A stretch of 64,000 nucleotides of DNA from Callorhinchus milii. Lineage: Eukaryota. The notes under the pieces are model-generated. The model made no database searches, had not been told where the DNA came from, and saw only the letters and a program-made list of their open reading frames with translations. Both the position numbers and the translations under genes were made by a program. Positions 37,486 through 51,990 of this stretch are shown here, one piece after another; the first letter of the stretch is position 1; each line of letters begins with the position of its first letter. The stretch lies in NCBI RefSeq assembly GCF_018977255.1, contig NW_024704742.1, positions 93,746,001 to 93,810,000 on the forward strand, in the 5' to 3' direction.

Positions 37486-38029
37486 ATAGAGAAAATCAGA
37501 GACGAAAGAAAAACTGACTTGTGAAGAATTGTCAAGTTTGAATAATGAAGTTTTTGTTTCTACTGTTTTTCTACACATTTTCTTCCTTATGCTTTTCTTT
37601 GAAATTGTTTTTAAAATCTCTGTGGTCTATTGTGCATATTACATTTCTATAATGGAATTATCATCTGCCCATTCTGAGAGTTTTTCTATCCTATCATAAT
37701 TGTGCTTATTCTTTTTATCTCTTTCTCTGTCTCTCCAACACATCATAGGGTGTAATGAATGATATTTCTCAAAGGCATTCTTACTAAGGAATCGTGTTGG
37801 AACTCCCATCGATCAGCAGACACTCCGCTCTGGAAGTAGATCATATTAGGATGCCGCAAGATGAGTGTGACATATTTCTGGTTATTGGAATGAGTCCCAG
37901 TGACTTGCATTTCTTATTAAAGATCCATTAAGAAATGTCACAAATGACACACTATGTCTCTTTTATCTCTTACTTTCTATATCTCTTTCCTTCACTGAGG
38001 CTTAATATTTTCTATGAACTCCGTAAATA

Positions 38030-39740
38030 TAAGGGGTGCATCCAATGAGTGAAGAACGGAAAGTATTATCCTGATATTCGAAACAAAGAGCGAGACATGA
38101 ATCTGGAAATTATAGAGCAATTAGCTAAGGTACTGGGGGAGAATCCTTGAAAGCATTTTACAGGACACTGTCAACGTTCATCAAACGAGGATGGAGGCCA
38201 CAAGGAGTAGTCAGCATGGATTTAGATGCAATAAATCTTGCCTCATAAATCTAGTGGAATTCTTTGATGAGGAAACTAAACTAGTGGATGATAGTTATCC
38301 AATGGATATAATTTACCAGGGTTTTCAGAAGACTTTTATTAAAGTTACACAATTGATGTTTAAAAAAGAAAGATTACGGTACATGGAATTACTGGCGAAT
38401 GAACAAAACAGATTGAAAAGTGCCTTGGTAACAGAAAGCCCAACATGTGGAAAAATAGCTTTACTGGGGGCTATGATTGGTGGAGTGCTGCAACAGTCTA
38501 TTTTGAGTTCCTTGTTTTTTTCTCTCTTATTCATAAACAACATAAATTTGCTCATAGTACCAAGCCATATGACAAGTGTAAGGGGATTGCAACAAACTGA
38601 GCATACCAAGAAGTGGCAGATGGATTTTAATGTGGACAAGTGTAAGTTAATATACAGTTATGAACCTCTATTCAGCAACCAGCTATCTCATGCAACCAGT
38701 GGCCTCTCTTTTCTAGTTCAGTCAGTGTACTGACACCTCTTCAGTGGCCAGATCCAGTCTGGTGGATTGCATTGAGTAGGTAGCAGAATGGATCAAAGAA
38801 TGGTTGTGAAACCGAAAGGCAAAAGATAGAACTTAATGGAATCTTCTCAGTCGGGCAAGAGGGCGGAAGTTGTGTTCCACATGGATCTATGTTAGGACCA
38901 CTACTGTTCATCATATATGTAAATGTTTGGATTCAGGTATAGGGGGTGTAGTGTCAAATATTCAGATGATCCCAAAGAGGGGGTGTCATAAACAATGAAA
39001 GGGATTATGGAAAAATGCAGGAAGACGAAAACAGGCTAGCAGAATGGGCAGAAAGATGGAAAACACAGTTTAATATTGAAAAATGCAAAGTGATTCACTT
39101 TGGCAAGAAAAATAAAAGCCATCTATAGTCTAATTCCTAAGAGGAATAGAGGAGCAAACAGATCTGGGGATTGAGATCCACAAATCTCTAAAAGTAGCTA
39201 CAAAGGTAGATAAAGCTATAAAAAGGCCAATGGTGTATTGGGCTGTATATCCAGAGGGATAAAATATAAAAGTGAGAAGGTGATGTTGAATTTATACAAA
39301 ATCTTGGTTGGACCGTATTTGGAGTATGGTGTCCAATTCTGATCTGAGATGCGTACCATGCTGGCAGGTTACTGCTATTCAGGATAGACTGGATAGATTA
39401 AGCCCTTTTTCGCCAGAGAAGAGACATTTAAGGGGGACCTAATAGAAGTGTTTAAAATTCTAAAATGGTTTGATAATGTTAGTATCAATAAACCGTTTCC
39501 ACTGGTTCAGGAATCTGTAACTAGGGGATGCAAATATAATACAATTGTGGAACCCGCTGCCTGAAGCAATGGTTGAATCAAATAGTGCAGATGCTGTCAA
39601 GAGGAAGTTAGACCTTCACATGAAGGAGAGGGGAATAGAAGGCTATGGGAGGGAATAAGGAAAGGGTAAAGACTTGTGAGGAGTATAAACACTGGCATGG
39701 ACTGGTTGGGCTGAGTGTTACTTCTTTATGTTGTATGTTC
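38030..39740 (+). mobile_element. Decayed CR1 LINE ORF2 (RT) and 3' UTR, probably two pieces
   Basis: SQHGFRCNKSCLINLVEFF, WQMDFNVDKCK, GSMLGPLLFIIY, KCKVIHFGKKN, LVGPYLEYGVQF, LRGDLIEVFKI, with many stops and frameshifts. Confidence 0.9.
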
Positions 39741-39779
39741 TTTGTATGCTGGATGTTCTTTGTCAAATATTTTGTAAAA

Positions 39780-39975
39780 AGTTTTGTCTATGTACTCCTG
39801 AAGTTGCTAACAATTGTTTTCAATGTTAGCTACATTCTCTATTTTCGTGTCATTTGCAAATTTAGAAAATTTGCTCTTTATATCAGAATCCAGATCATTT
39901 ATATAAATGGAGAAAAGCAGTAGTCCTAACACTGACCTCTGGGGGATCACCACTACTTACATCCTTCCATTGCGA
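39780..39975 (-). mobile_element. CR1 RT fragment
   Basis: GTGTCATTTGCAAATTT (antisense KFANDT) and CCTAACACTGACCTCTGGGGGATCACCACT (antisense SGxPQxSVLG). Confidence 0.75.
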
Positions 39976-41948
39976 ATAACATCTTAAAGATGATTTGTTC
40001 ATTATTTATATCCCATTAAGTGCCCAGATAAGGCAACAGGTTTATTGATTGGCAGTTTGATATTGTGTCTATAGCATTCCCCAAAGGTTGTAAAACTATT
40101 ACTGTGTGTCCTTAACGATTTGACAGTATTGTTAAAACTCCAGTTTAAATGCATTGTAGTTTGCAAGTTGTACTGCACTGATAATGTTTCATCGGTTGAG
40201 GTACCACTCGAAAAATGATTGAGCTTTTTTGAAACTGGCATTTGCATAGCAGCAGAAGTCATGTCTGTGGGTGCAAAATGTTATCTATCTGCCAAAGCTG
40301 CATTCTCCATTCAAGTGCACTTCACAAGTATTCAGACACTTAAAGGATATGTATTCGCTTATAGTGTGTAATGCATCAATGTATTAATAATAAGCCTTGA
40401 ATATGATATAGCAGAGAATGTCTGAAAGTGCTTTACAGGATTTACTATAAAGTGCAATAACTGCGTATTTTTTAGGTGAATACAGCAATCAATTTGCATA
40501 CAAAACTGTCCCATTAACAGCCTTGAAGTGGATGGCCAATTTTATATGTGGGATTATTGTTTAGAGTACCACGAGAAATTCCCTTCTCTTGTCAGTGCTA
40601 CCAATTGAGCCAGGTTGACACCTGTATCTGGTACTGAAACCCACAGAGCAGGAACTGCTCACTCTTGTTGACTCAGCTAGGATGCTGCAACTGGCTATAG
40701 TGATCCTGAGCTAGGAAGTGGAAAATATTTTCTTCATATGATTTCTAACATTTTTGCTACCATTTTTATCTTGAAACCAATGCCTTGGCACATCCTCCCG
40801 ACATGACAGACGCTAGATAAATGCAATTTTTTGTTGTTGAAATAAAAGGGAGGAACTTTTGTGGAACAGTTTTGCAGCAAATGAAAAGGCCAAACTTTGC
40901 TGAATGACACAATTACACTGTAGTTAGTGACCTGGTCAATTCCTATTGTGAAAATCATGTCAGAAGCAGGAAGTGGGAGCCATGAATGAAAAGACTCGTT
41001 GAAAGCTCCCATGTAAGAATCATGCCCAAAACAGTGAATGTGTTCACAGCATTTTAATGGTTAACCCGGATTGTGATCTCAGAAATAGGAGACAGGAGTA
41101 CAAAATTGTAAATATGAAATGAGGTCAGAGATTGCAAGATTGCTTTTCTTCACAGAGTAGTGGATGTGCAGGGTAGACTTTCATCTGAAGCAATTAACGC
41201 TATGCAAACGAACATATTTTAAAATAAATAATCTGGACAAATATCTGTTTGCTAGAAGGATAAAGACTAATGAGCAATTCTCCAAGGGACACAATGGTCC
41301 CTGTGCACTTGGACTGTGAACAACTCATCTGTGGAATGCAAGCAGTGAATATAGTAGGGTGGCGAGCTTAGATTGATATCCTGCTATTCTACTTGACTAC
41401 TTTCTGGGGCTGTAGAGAAATGTTACAGACCTCATTCTTTTTGAAAGTTTCATCTGTGCCTTGTCTTGTCCCTCAGGAGATTGAGTAGGTTATAAATAAA
41501 ATTGGATTTAGAGAAACTGAAGAACTTGCTCTCTATACAAGGACTGGTTACTCACAATAAAGCAAATGTGTTGCCCAGATTGAATTATCTGTTCATAATG
41601 ATTCAAGTAGAGGTTAATAAATCCCGCTCTGGGTTTTTGTCAAGATCAAAAGGATGTTCCTGAAAAATATTGAGGTGGGGGAGGGTCAGTCCAAAAAACC
41701 CACAGAGCAAGGCGCAGGGTCCTTGTTTTATATATTACAGCTTTTAATCTTTAACATGTGGCATCACAGTCAAAACCACCAGGGAAAACACCAAATACAC
41801 CGATCTGGTAGCATCTGGAGGAGAAAGAGGAGGCATTAAAGTCTTACTCTCAAAATCACTATTTTATGGTACATCAACTCTTAATGCACTTGTCTGGCCC
41901 ACCAGCAGTTCTGTGTACAATTCTGATCACCGTATTACAGTAAGTATC

Positions 41949-42269
41949 AAGCGAGAAGCCCCTGGTTTGATTCCCAGGCAGGGCAAAACCTCAGGCAATG
42001 CCTGCCTCTGTTTACCCAGCAGTAAGTAGGAACTTGGTAGGCGGATTGCTTTCCGGGGGTAATAATCCTTTAAATTAATTAATTAATTAATTAATTGCTC
42101 ACTCAATCCACCACTGTTTTGTGGGATACTGCTGTATGCAATCAGCTACAGTGCTTTGCCCACAAAATATAAAGTCAATTCACTTTACAGTATATTCTGT
42201 GAAGTGCTTTGAGATGTCTCAATGATATGAAAAGGCTCTATATCAAATACAAGGATTATTATTATTATT
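41949..42269 (+). mobile_element. tRNA-Ala SINE, long form, 5'-truncated
   Basis: GGTTTGATTCCCAGGCAGGGC..CCTCTGTTTACCCAGCAGTAAGTAGGAAC and tail. Confidence 0.88.
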
Positions 42270-42429
42270 AAGTACATCTTGACATTGGACACTACAAAAA
42301 GCAAGCAGAATAGAGTTTTTTAAGAAGTTTTAATTAATTAAAGAGTTCTTTACTGAACAATTTTTTTGAGGTGTATGTGATATAGATTCATGTAGGATTA
42401 TTAGGGTGTTTTTAACTTTAGGGCTGGCC

Positions 42430-43052
42430 AACAACAACAACAAAATTACATTTGTACAGCACCTTTCAAGTCGGGAGGACGTCCCAAGGCACCCGACAGT
42501 CAGTGTTTCGGATCCAAGCAGGGGGTTGGGATTGGGGAGGGTGGAGGGCGGTTGGGGAGAAGGAGGATGATCAGAAGCACGGTCGAAGAGGACAGTATTG
42601 CAATGGGTCTTGAAGGAGGCAAGGGAGGTGGAGGGACTGCGGGATGGAGGGACTACGGGATGGAGTTCCAGAGGGTGGGGGCAGAGTGGCTGAAAGCCTG
42701 TCCACCAATGGTGGGGCAGGCGAAGCGGGGGACATGAAGCAGGTCGGATCCCTCTGAGTGGAGGGAGCAGGAAGGTTGGTAGGGGGTGAGGAAGTCGTAG
42801 AGGTGGGGGGGGTGTGAGACCATGGAGGGTTTTGAAGGTGAGGACCAGGATCTTGAACAGTATCCTCTGTGTGATGGGAAGCCAATGGAGTCGGGCGAGG
42901 ATGGGGGTGATAGGGTCACGGAGCCTGGTGCAGGAGAGGAGACGGGCTGCAGAGTTCTGGATGATCTGCAGCCTATGGAGGTAGGAGTTGGGAAGGCCGA
43001 CAAGCAAGGAGTTTGCATAGTCAAGCCTGGATGTTATGAATGCATGTATGAG
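42430..43052 (-). mobile_element. L2 LINE ORF2 C-terminus and 3' UTR
   Basis: LIHAFITSRLDYANSLLVGLP..LHWLPITQRILFKILVLTFK; accounts for the 289-aa ORF. Confidence 0.95.
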
Positions 43053-43794
43053 GACCATACATACTTGTTTGCCAAGCGGACCACAATGGTCTGTTCCAGC
43101 CCTGCCAATCCAACATGCAATTCTGTTATTCTGTAGGCTACAAGACTCAGACTTTCTTATTATGTGTCTGGCCTCCTGCTCCCCCTTTTGCTCATACATT
43201 CACACTCCATACTTTTGAAGGTGAGGGTTGCCAGCCGAGTGTCTGACACATGTGGAAACCTATCACCGTGCTTGAGAGTATTCAAATCAAACTGAGAGTT
43301 CCATGTTTCCCACCTACACACATGGAATTCATACCCTTGAAGTTTTTGAAGATCATAGTGTCAATCCTCAAGAAAGCTTTACAAACAGCCTCTCACTACA
43401 GTGAATACAGTTCTCTCATGTTAAGTATTTTCCGATAGCGATTTTCTCTTTTTTTTACAAGAGCCTATGATATTACAAAATGGCAAAGGTGTGCACATGC
43501 CTGTATTTCTGTTTCACCATCATCTTACACTCAGCAACTAAATTGCCTTGCTTTAAATGCAGAAGAAGTGTTGAACTGAGGTTCTGCTGTATAGCTCTCA
43601 TAATACATAGAGCCCGAGGTTTCAGATCATGCAGCCTACATTTAAAATGCAGAACTGCTCATACAGCATATTTAATACAAACTTTAAGATTATAGACTAG
43701 GATGACTATGCTGCGCTAGACTATGAGCTAGTCTGTGCTGTACTGCATTGACAGAGGTATGAAAGAATAAACCAAGGTCTGAAACTGTGTCAGG

Positions 43795-44152
43795 GTACCT
43801 TAGTTGGTAGCACCTCTAAGTCAAACAGTTGTGGGTTCAAGCACCATGCCAGGACTTGGAACTCATATAGTCCAGGCTGACACTCCAATGCAATGCTGAA
43901 TTGTCGAAGGTGCCATCCTTCAGCTGAGATCCCATCTTCCTGTTCAGGTGGACATTAAAAATCCCATGGCACTATTTGAAAAGAGAAGGAGCCTTGTTCA
44001 TCTGCAAAACACATACCACTTTCCAGGGTAACCTATGAAGCGCTATGATTAGCTCCACATTAGTTATTGAACTCTACAGTAAATTCTGTGAATTGCTTTG
44101 AGACATTTCAATGATGTGATAAGAGGGGCTATGTTAAAAGCAAGGTTTATTA
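43795..44152 (+). mobile_element. Deu-domain SINE
   Basis: AGTTGGTAGCAC..GTGGGTTCAAG head; CCTGTTCAGGTGGACATTAAAAATCCCATGGCACTATTTGAA. Confidence 0.85.
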
Positions 44153-44629
44153 TATACAACATGAAACAGCAACAACTATAATTTTGACCAGAAAATATTC
44201 AGCTTAGTAGTTAACAAAATCAATGTGATATACATGTCTAGTTCTCAGGAAATCTGTATCATATATTTAAATAGTTGATTAATTCTGGACCAAGTGGAAC
44301 AAAAGTATAAATTAAGGTAAAAATTATCAAATAATTCAGCCCCAAGTTTTCCCCTCTGTGGCATTAAGTATAGCCTAGCTGTTATAATAACAACAACAAC
44401 AAGATTACATTTGTATAGCGCCTTTCACGTCAGGAGGACTTCCCAAGGCGCTGGACAGTGTAGGACAAATTCTGCAAATTGACCACAAATGCCCCAAACT
44501 AAATTGTTTAGGATTTATTTTACAGCCAAACCTGTCAACAGAAGTATTTCAGCAAATGCAGCTAACGGTGAATTTATATTGTGGGTTCGGTTAAAGGAGA
44601 TTGAACCCATTTGGATTTAAAAAAAAGTA

Positions 44630-44915
44630 CATTTGATGTAACTCCTTTTACGTTGGGAGGATGTCTCAGAGTGCTTCACTGGATATACTGTAAACTGTAG
44701 TGATTGTACGTTGTGTAGGCAAACATGGCAGCCAGTCCCAAGATCAGCCATGAAGTGAATGACCAATTGCATTCAGAGGATTGTTGGCCAGGACATCGGG
44801 AGAGACTTGCTCATCTTCTTGAAGGACTTGTGCCACAGGATTTTTAACGGTCACCTGAACAGGCAGACAGGATCTTGGTTTCATTCCATCGAAGGCACCT
44901 CCAGCTACCAACTGA
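44630..44915 (-). mobile_element. Deu-domain SINE, decayed
   Basis: CACCTGAACAGGCAGAC..GAAGGCACCTCC..GCTACCAACTGAGC. Confidence 0.8.
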
Positions 44916-47329
44916 GCTTGCTTGATGTATGGGTGGCTGGGTGTCATGCTCTCTGGCAACAACTTATTTAATTTACCTTGGAGAACATTTTAGTGTGTAT
45001 GAAAATGCAACTGATGTGTGTATATGTCACACCATGGCAATAGAATATTAAAACAGTTAAGGCTTGAATTTCTCATGGTCTTAGCCTGAAGGCCATTGAC
45101 TTCAAATTTAAGATCGCAAACAATTTTGACATGTCAAATCAGAGATTACGACCTTTCCTATCCTTTCCTCCGTCACATGATCCAGTGGTAGCCTAGTCAT
45201 TAACAAGAGTGCATTGAGAACAACTCGATCAACTATCGCTCTTCAATTCTTATATACAAGATTATAAATGGGAGCAAGGAATCAAATCCAAAACAATACT
45301 TTCCAATATGTGAAGAGGTCAAAGATTGAGAGTTGTGCAATTTTAGAACAAAATCCAGGATGCATTTATAGAGAAGTTAATAAACATCTCAAACAGGTTA
45401 CCAGGAAGGGCTGTTGAGGCTAGGACACTGGGCAGAAGGGTGAGTGTTCCCTTTATGATCTTGTGGATGTTACTATACATAGCAGTTTCATAAAGGCACA
45501 GATTGAAAAGGCCTACACTTGTACTCCACAGTGTCTCTTCCTTCAGCTCTGTTTGCATTGCTAGTTTGCCATTGACTTCAGAAATGGTGTCGGGGTGGTA
45601 AGTTGCGAATATAAATGGACCATAAAATCAATGATTTCTGAATCCATTCACCATTCTTTTACAGAAATGTATTGGTGCACTGAAGCTATTGGCAACAGCA
45701 CAAAGCTATCTGAGCAGGGAGTATGAAAGGACACTATGGTTAAAAAATACACACACCAAGAAAGGATATTTCCTGTAAACAATCTTTGAAGCCGCAATTT
45801 ATCCATTTATAAACCATCTAAAGTGTGTTATTTCCATCCAAGTAAGTAAACAATTGAGGATAAGAGAGTGACAGGCAGTGGATTAGGACTGATGGTTTGT
45901 TTGCTGAGAACGGTCTGATAAAGCTGCAGGGAGGTCTGAGGCACAAGCTTCACTCTGCAACTTAATATCACACCTGTATTTGCTTCCGAACATCCTTGCT
46001 CTTGTCTACTTTCAATCTTAAAGAAAACTCCCATTTCAACTCAGATATCATCAGCCATGCAGAGTTAGACTTCAATGCATACTGGCACCAAACAATGAAT
46101 GAGACAGGGAAAATAATGGATACTTTTATCATTGATAATTATAATACACTGAACTTTAACTTCGTGTAAGATCCTTTGCAGTGAGTGACCTGTTGTTATT
46201 TAGCAGAGCTTCAGATGGTCAGTTTCCTATCATTAAAATCTAGGTGGTGATACAGGTGGCACAAGAGGTTGTATTAACATTAAAGTTGTAACTCCTTTAC
46301 CCACTGCTTTTATACCACAGAAGTGTGGTATAACTGAGCACAGAGAGCTAATTTCCAGAGTGAGGCCACCTCTTCCGGGTGATTCCTGTTGGCAATTGGC
46401 TATAAAATGCTTTTTTCAGTACTTAACAGGAGACAGCACTCAGTGTTCTGAGTACTTGGGAGAAAAGGAACAGAATGTTAACAGGACAGAGTAAAGATAG
46501 ACACCACCACCCCATATTCCTGTTATCATTGTGATAGGCGCAGCCTGCCGGTTTCAGTTTTAGTTGTATTTGTGATGAGGCAACATTTCAGGTTGGAGGA
46601 TGTCTCACAAGTGAGAATCTCACACATAAGATTCAGTCAGTATTGACAACTCTGATTACTGATAGTATATTCTAACCTGAAAGCAACAAGCTGAAACTCA
46701 TTCAGTTTCTGTTCATCACATAAGGCTGCGCTGAGGAACCTCCTGTACCCTGATGTTACCCTATTTGGTTCTTTGAGCACAAGCACAGTAGCAAATAAAA
46801 CTGCAGCTACACCACATTTTAAAGTATGTCTGCTCTGTGCTACCTTATGCACAATGTGTCAATGAAGCAAACGAATTAAAATGAAAATTGTGCAGCGTTT
46901 GTACAGTATTTCTATTCATTATGTGTGTCTGTCTGTGTTTGTGTGCGTATGTCTGCATGGGAGGGGGAGGGCAAGGGGAATTAATCTGGAAATAATAATA
47001 TTTCTCAGTATATCTTACTCAAAAACTCAAAGCTATGAGGCTAATTTATTTTAATGCAATACAATATGTTATACTACATTATGCTTAGTCTAAAAGTAAC
47101 TTTTTCAATCCTAAATAAGCAAATAAAAACTATTCCTTTATGAATGAGGCAATTAGTTGTGTGTTTATTGCCACCTAAAATGTATTTGTAACAGGATTCT
47201 AAAATCGGATTAGTAATTATCCTGAGGGAAACCTAATGGCATCACCGCAACCTGCAGGAACTCCACTCTGACATACTCAAAAGGAGATTGCATTGTGTGG
47301 TTAGTACTGTACAGTACAAATTTACATTT

Positions 47330-47700
47330 ATGTAACTCCTGTCACATCAGGATGATGTACCTAAGTACTTAACAATACTGGCTGGGCACTCAAGCTGACG
47401 GTGGGAACCGAAGGGGTTGAGGAGGGAAAAGATGATTGAAAGTGGATTCAGTTGAGACGACCTTGAATGAGGGGAAGGAAGAGTAAGTCAGAGGAACTTC
47501 CAGGATTGAGTTCCAGAGAGTGGGGGCAGAAAGGCTGATAGCTCACCTGCTGATGGTGGGCCAAGTAAGGTTGGGGGCATGAATCAGGCCAGTGCTTGCT
47601 GAATGAATGACACAGTCACTCGACAGGGTTTGAGGAGGATACAGAGGTAGGGCGGAGCAAGACTGTGGAGGCACTTAAAGCTGAGAATGAGGAATCTTGA
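47330..47700 (-). mobile_element. L2 LINE 3' end, decayed
   Basis: GAGTTCCAGAGAGTGGGGGCAGAAAGGCTGA, antisense of FS..APTLWNS. Confidence 0.75.
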
Positions 47701-48499
47701 ACTCGAGAACTTATGCCATTATAGTATACCAGTATCAACTTTAAAGGGTAGCATTCATGAATAAGGAGAATGTTTGCTGAACACACAATGGGAGGATGTG
47801 ACTTATATTATAATGTTTCATCGTGTTTCTTAAATGTAACTCAATAGTTATGAGAATGACACAGTCGTCTTCTCCCTCCCCAAGGAAGCAAAATGAAAGC
47901 AGCTTGACAAACAGCTAGGCAGTGCCCCTTTAACTCTTGATTTTTGCCAGAACGGACACAAATGTACTGAACCAGAGAACTCATAAGAGCTTCTTCGTTG
48001 CTGAAACACAGAAAAAGATAAATTAGTTGTTCAATGTTTTTATTTGGAACTAGATTAGGGAGGAGCTTGTGAGTCAGAGGGAAAGTATGCTGTGGGTTTC
48101 TTGTGAATATTGTGGACATTAACAGGAGAATCTCATGGGAGCTTGCTAATGAGGCTTAGCATACTCGGGCTTAGTTCCATCGACCAAAACTAAACCAATT
48201 CTTACCCTACAGCCTATCTTTGATTGATCAGACTTAATATTGTTTCAGAGCAGAAGTAGGTGATAAAGAAATGTTTTTAAATCTTGGATGAATGCAGCTT
48301 TGCCAGTGTAATCCTGCAATTATATTATGGCAGTGAAGTTTCTTTATATCTCCAACTTCATATCGCTTTGCACAACCGAAAATGGGAGTTCATTTATCAA
48401 AATTATTAAGACTGACTCTTTAATAACATGGCCCCTGAGTCCTCCTAGGCTACCAATTGACTGTGCTTGAAGGATGTCATGAGATACAGTAGCCAGCAT

Positions 48500-48873
48500 T
48501 GCTTCACATCAGCTGTGTGCAGACTGTAATTCCTTGAGTCTGGGGGAGCATTGGGAACACTGCATTGTTGGAGGTGCCGTTCTTTGGATGAAACATTAAA
48601 CTGAGGTCCTGCCTGCCTGTTTGAATGGACGTTAAAGATCCCATGATAATATCCGAAAAGAGAAGAGTTTCTCAGTGTCCAGACCAACAATTCCCAAGAT
48701 TAAATTGATCATTGACTTCATGGGTGTGCTATTTGTGGAACATTCTGTGAGCAAATTGTCTGCCACATTTGCCTACAAGATAAACATTGACTACACTTAC
48801 AGGAAAAATTCTGTGAAGCACCTTGAGACGCCCCCCAGACACGAAATGCTCGGTATCAAATACAAGGATTATT
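48500..48873 (+). mobile_element. Deu-domain SINE
   Basis: GGAGGTGCCGTTCTTTGGATGAAACATTAAACTGAGGTCC..GGACGTTAAAGATCCCATG. Confidence 0.85.
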
Positions 48874-50379
48874 AGGAATATTTATTATTAAATCAAGCTC
48901 CTAAGATTGCCTCTCTGCAGATGGTCAAAATAGATCATATGATTACAAACAGGTTTGGATAAAGAAAAGGCCTTCAATCCATGGATCTCATATTTTAGAA
49001 AACATTCAGAAAAACCACCCTAATGCCTTTCATTACAGCATCTTGCTGCTTCTCAAATATGTCCAACCTCCTGGTCTCTACCACCCTTTCTGATAACCTG
49101 TTCCAACTATTAATTGTCTTCTGTGTAAATAAATATTTCCAAGTGTCTGCCCTGAAATTGCTCTTCGCAACCCTGAACCCTGATAATTATCACATCACAT
49201 GTAGCCCAATTACGGAATTGCCAATTCCCTGCTCTCTCCCCTGACCATTGTAATGTTACTCCTAACTATGTTTAGTCATGTGCTATCAAACACAAGTCAG
49301 GTGGAACTTTGGAAGTGGCCTAGCTTGCAAATTATCCAAACATTCATGTAGAAATCAATCTTTATATTTAAAGATGTTTGTATTGTAAGAAGGAACAATG
49401 TAAAACAATCATTTTGAGATTTGATGGCATAGAAATATAAAACAACGAAATTTGGAAGCACTTTAGCTTCTAAATTATACACATATCAGGTAATGAGAAA
49501 ATGGGAAATGAATGAAAAATAGCGCTTGTTTTCCCATTGCTAATTTCCTAATTGCACATTGATATATTGTGTAGCTGAGTGACGCATAGCAGAAATGTGT
49601 AGGTCAAAGTGGAGTCAATCACTGATTGCTTCTTGTGACCTTCCCATTAGTCTTATTACTGCTGCTCATTTCAACGTAGCACCTTAACCCTCTCAGGCCC
49701 AAAGTACAGTATCTCTGCTGGCTCTTGAGACAAATTTAATTTATTACTGTATATCTTTAGTAACAAAATGTGTGAAGGCTCAGTTTCATTAGCAAAATAT
49801 AAAACTTAAGTCACTTCTTAGAGCAAGGATGAACATAAATTTTAGCAACAAGGTGAAGTGTATCGCAATCATCCTGGCTCAGTTGCTTTATGCATTCTGC
49901 CTCTGCCTCCATTGTCTGGAAATCTATCTTGAAGTCATTCCACCTCACCCCTCACTCCCCAATGTTAAAGCCCATGTTTTCGGTCATCTTTCTCCCTTCT
50001 CACTCGCCCTAGTCTATTTTGTCCCCAGGGTGCCCAGTCAGCTGTGTGAAGTACTTTGAGATGACCTCCTGATGTGGAAGGGGTTAGATAAATATAAATA
50101 GTTGCTATTCCTATATCATTTGTTTCTGCATGCACGTAGATTAATGTTCAGACGGACCAAACTTTGGATGTATGTGTGGGTGGGATGCATAGTGGTCCTG
50201 TATAAGTACAATGTACATGAAAAATGGGAATGTTATCCTGGTGCAGTTGAGATAATTTGGGGATCAAGAATTCTTTAGGACCATTTAACTTAAATTTGTA
50301 TGTAAATTTACTGCCTGAAGTGGGGAAGTCCAAGTCTGGTCACTGTCATTAGGTGTGCAAGAAGGGAGCTGTCCTAACA

Positions 50380-50614
50380 ATGGAGTCTAATTTGCGATAT
50401 TCACGAAACAAACTTGTTACATTAATTCCAACCACTAACTTGCAAAATTAGTGGCCAGCAAATCTCAAATCCCATGACTAGGTTTGTAAGCAGGAACAAA
50501 CAAAACAACCACTCTTTCTTGCTGTCATTTACTCCACTTTCTTTTTTNCCATTTATGGATTTGGATTCAGGATTTGCCTACTCCAAACTTACCATATCGC
50601 AAATTAGACATCAA
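50380..50614. mobile_element. Probable MITE
   Basis: Perfect 16-bp inverted repeat GTCTAATTTGCGATAT at 50385-50400 and 50594-50609. Confidence 0.6.
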
Positions 50615-51159
50615 TGTCCATCCTTCCTACTAACGGTTTCAAATACATAGTTTTTCTTAATCACTGTATTTAAAAATGTGCAGAATCTTTAAATGAATTA
50701 AATGATCACCTGATGGCCTATTGAATAAGAGCCATGCCTAGTATAGCACTAATGTGTAACACGCATTCAGCTTGGGTTCTTGGAATCTTTTACAATTTTT
50801 GCTGCATTAGCTAATCTCAGGCAGCTTTGGTGTCCCAATTGGCCTTAACTCTGAATGGGGTCAGAACAGATTCAGACTCAGCTGTGGTTCTGTCTATGGT
50901 TGAACAGCCTGCTGACAGTCAATGACCAGTGAAGAAAGAATAGCACCTTTAGGAGTGAAGAGGAGAAAAATGGCCAAAAACAATTGAAAATGATCAATTC
51001 AGAGTCACAAAAAGCTATAATTGAAATTTATGGACTAACATTGTGGTTTTCCTAGTGCTTACATGATCCCATATAATAGGACAGATTATGAAACTTTTGG
51101 CTTGATATGATGCTTTATTGTAACAGCTTCCAACCCAAATACTTGTGCTTACTTACGTA

Positions 51160-51630
51160 GGAACACAAGAATGTATAGGACCGGAAAAGACCAGTCCCAA
51201 TGTTTAAAAAATCCTGCTCTGTTGTGCGTATCATATTTCTTAAATGATCTCGAAAAATAGCTATCAATTTCCTCTTGAATTTGCTGATGCAATCTGCCTC
51301 CACCACCTCCTTGGATAGTTCATTCCCCATACTCACTGCATTCATTCTGTGTTGGAGCAATTTTTCACCTCTGTGTCCATGATTCCCTTGCCCTCGGGTT
51401 TATCTATACCCTTCAGAATCTTGAATGAGCCTTCTTTTCTCCATTGTGAACAATCCCAGCTTCTGTGACCGCTTCTTATATTTCAGGGATCTAATTCCAG
51501 CTATTATTTAGTTGCTCATCACTGTACCCTCTCCCATGCCAAGATGTTCCCACTGTAATACTGCAGCCAGAATTGTACACAGATCTCGAGGTAGAATCTG
51601 ACAAGGGCTCAGTACAAATTCACTAACACT
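51160..51630 (-). mobile_element. CR1 LINE 3' region, decayed
   Basis: Minus strand NELSKEVVEADCISKFKRKL; CAGAATTGTACACAG is antisense of CVQFW. Confidence 0.78.
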
Positions 51631-51990
51631 TTTCGTGAGGTATCTCTATCATTGTATACTATCCCTCCCCACCCCAGCTTGGGGATCAAGCTATATAATT
51701 GTTCAGCACTCCGAGACACTGCCCTACGTCAAGAGCACTATATAAAAGCAAGTTGTTGTTGCATTTAGATGTCCTGCTAATGTGAAACTGCTATATGAAT
51801 TCAATTTGTTGTTTTTGTCAAATGTTTTGTTATTTGCAACTCTCCAAATTTGGTATTTTTAGCAAACATTGAAAACTTTGAGACTTCTAGGTCTCAGGAG
51901 GAGAGTTACATTTTCAGAGATACCATCCTTCAAAGGAGACGTTAAACCAAAGTCCCATCCCCCATTCAACCAAATGCACCACTAATGCCA

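Noticed and set aside
42330..43199. 289-aa ORF as a host gene
   Set aside because: Frameshifted L2 ORF2 C-terminus running through flanking sequence.
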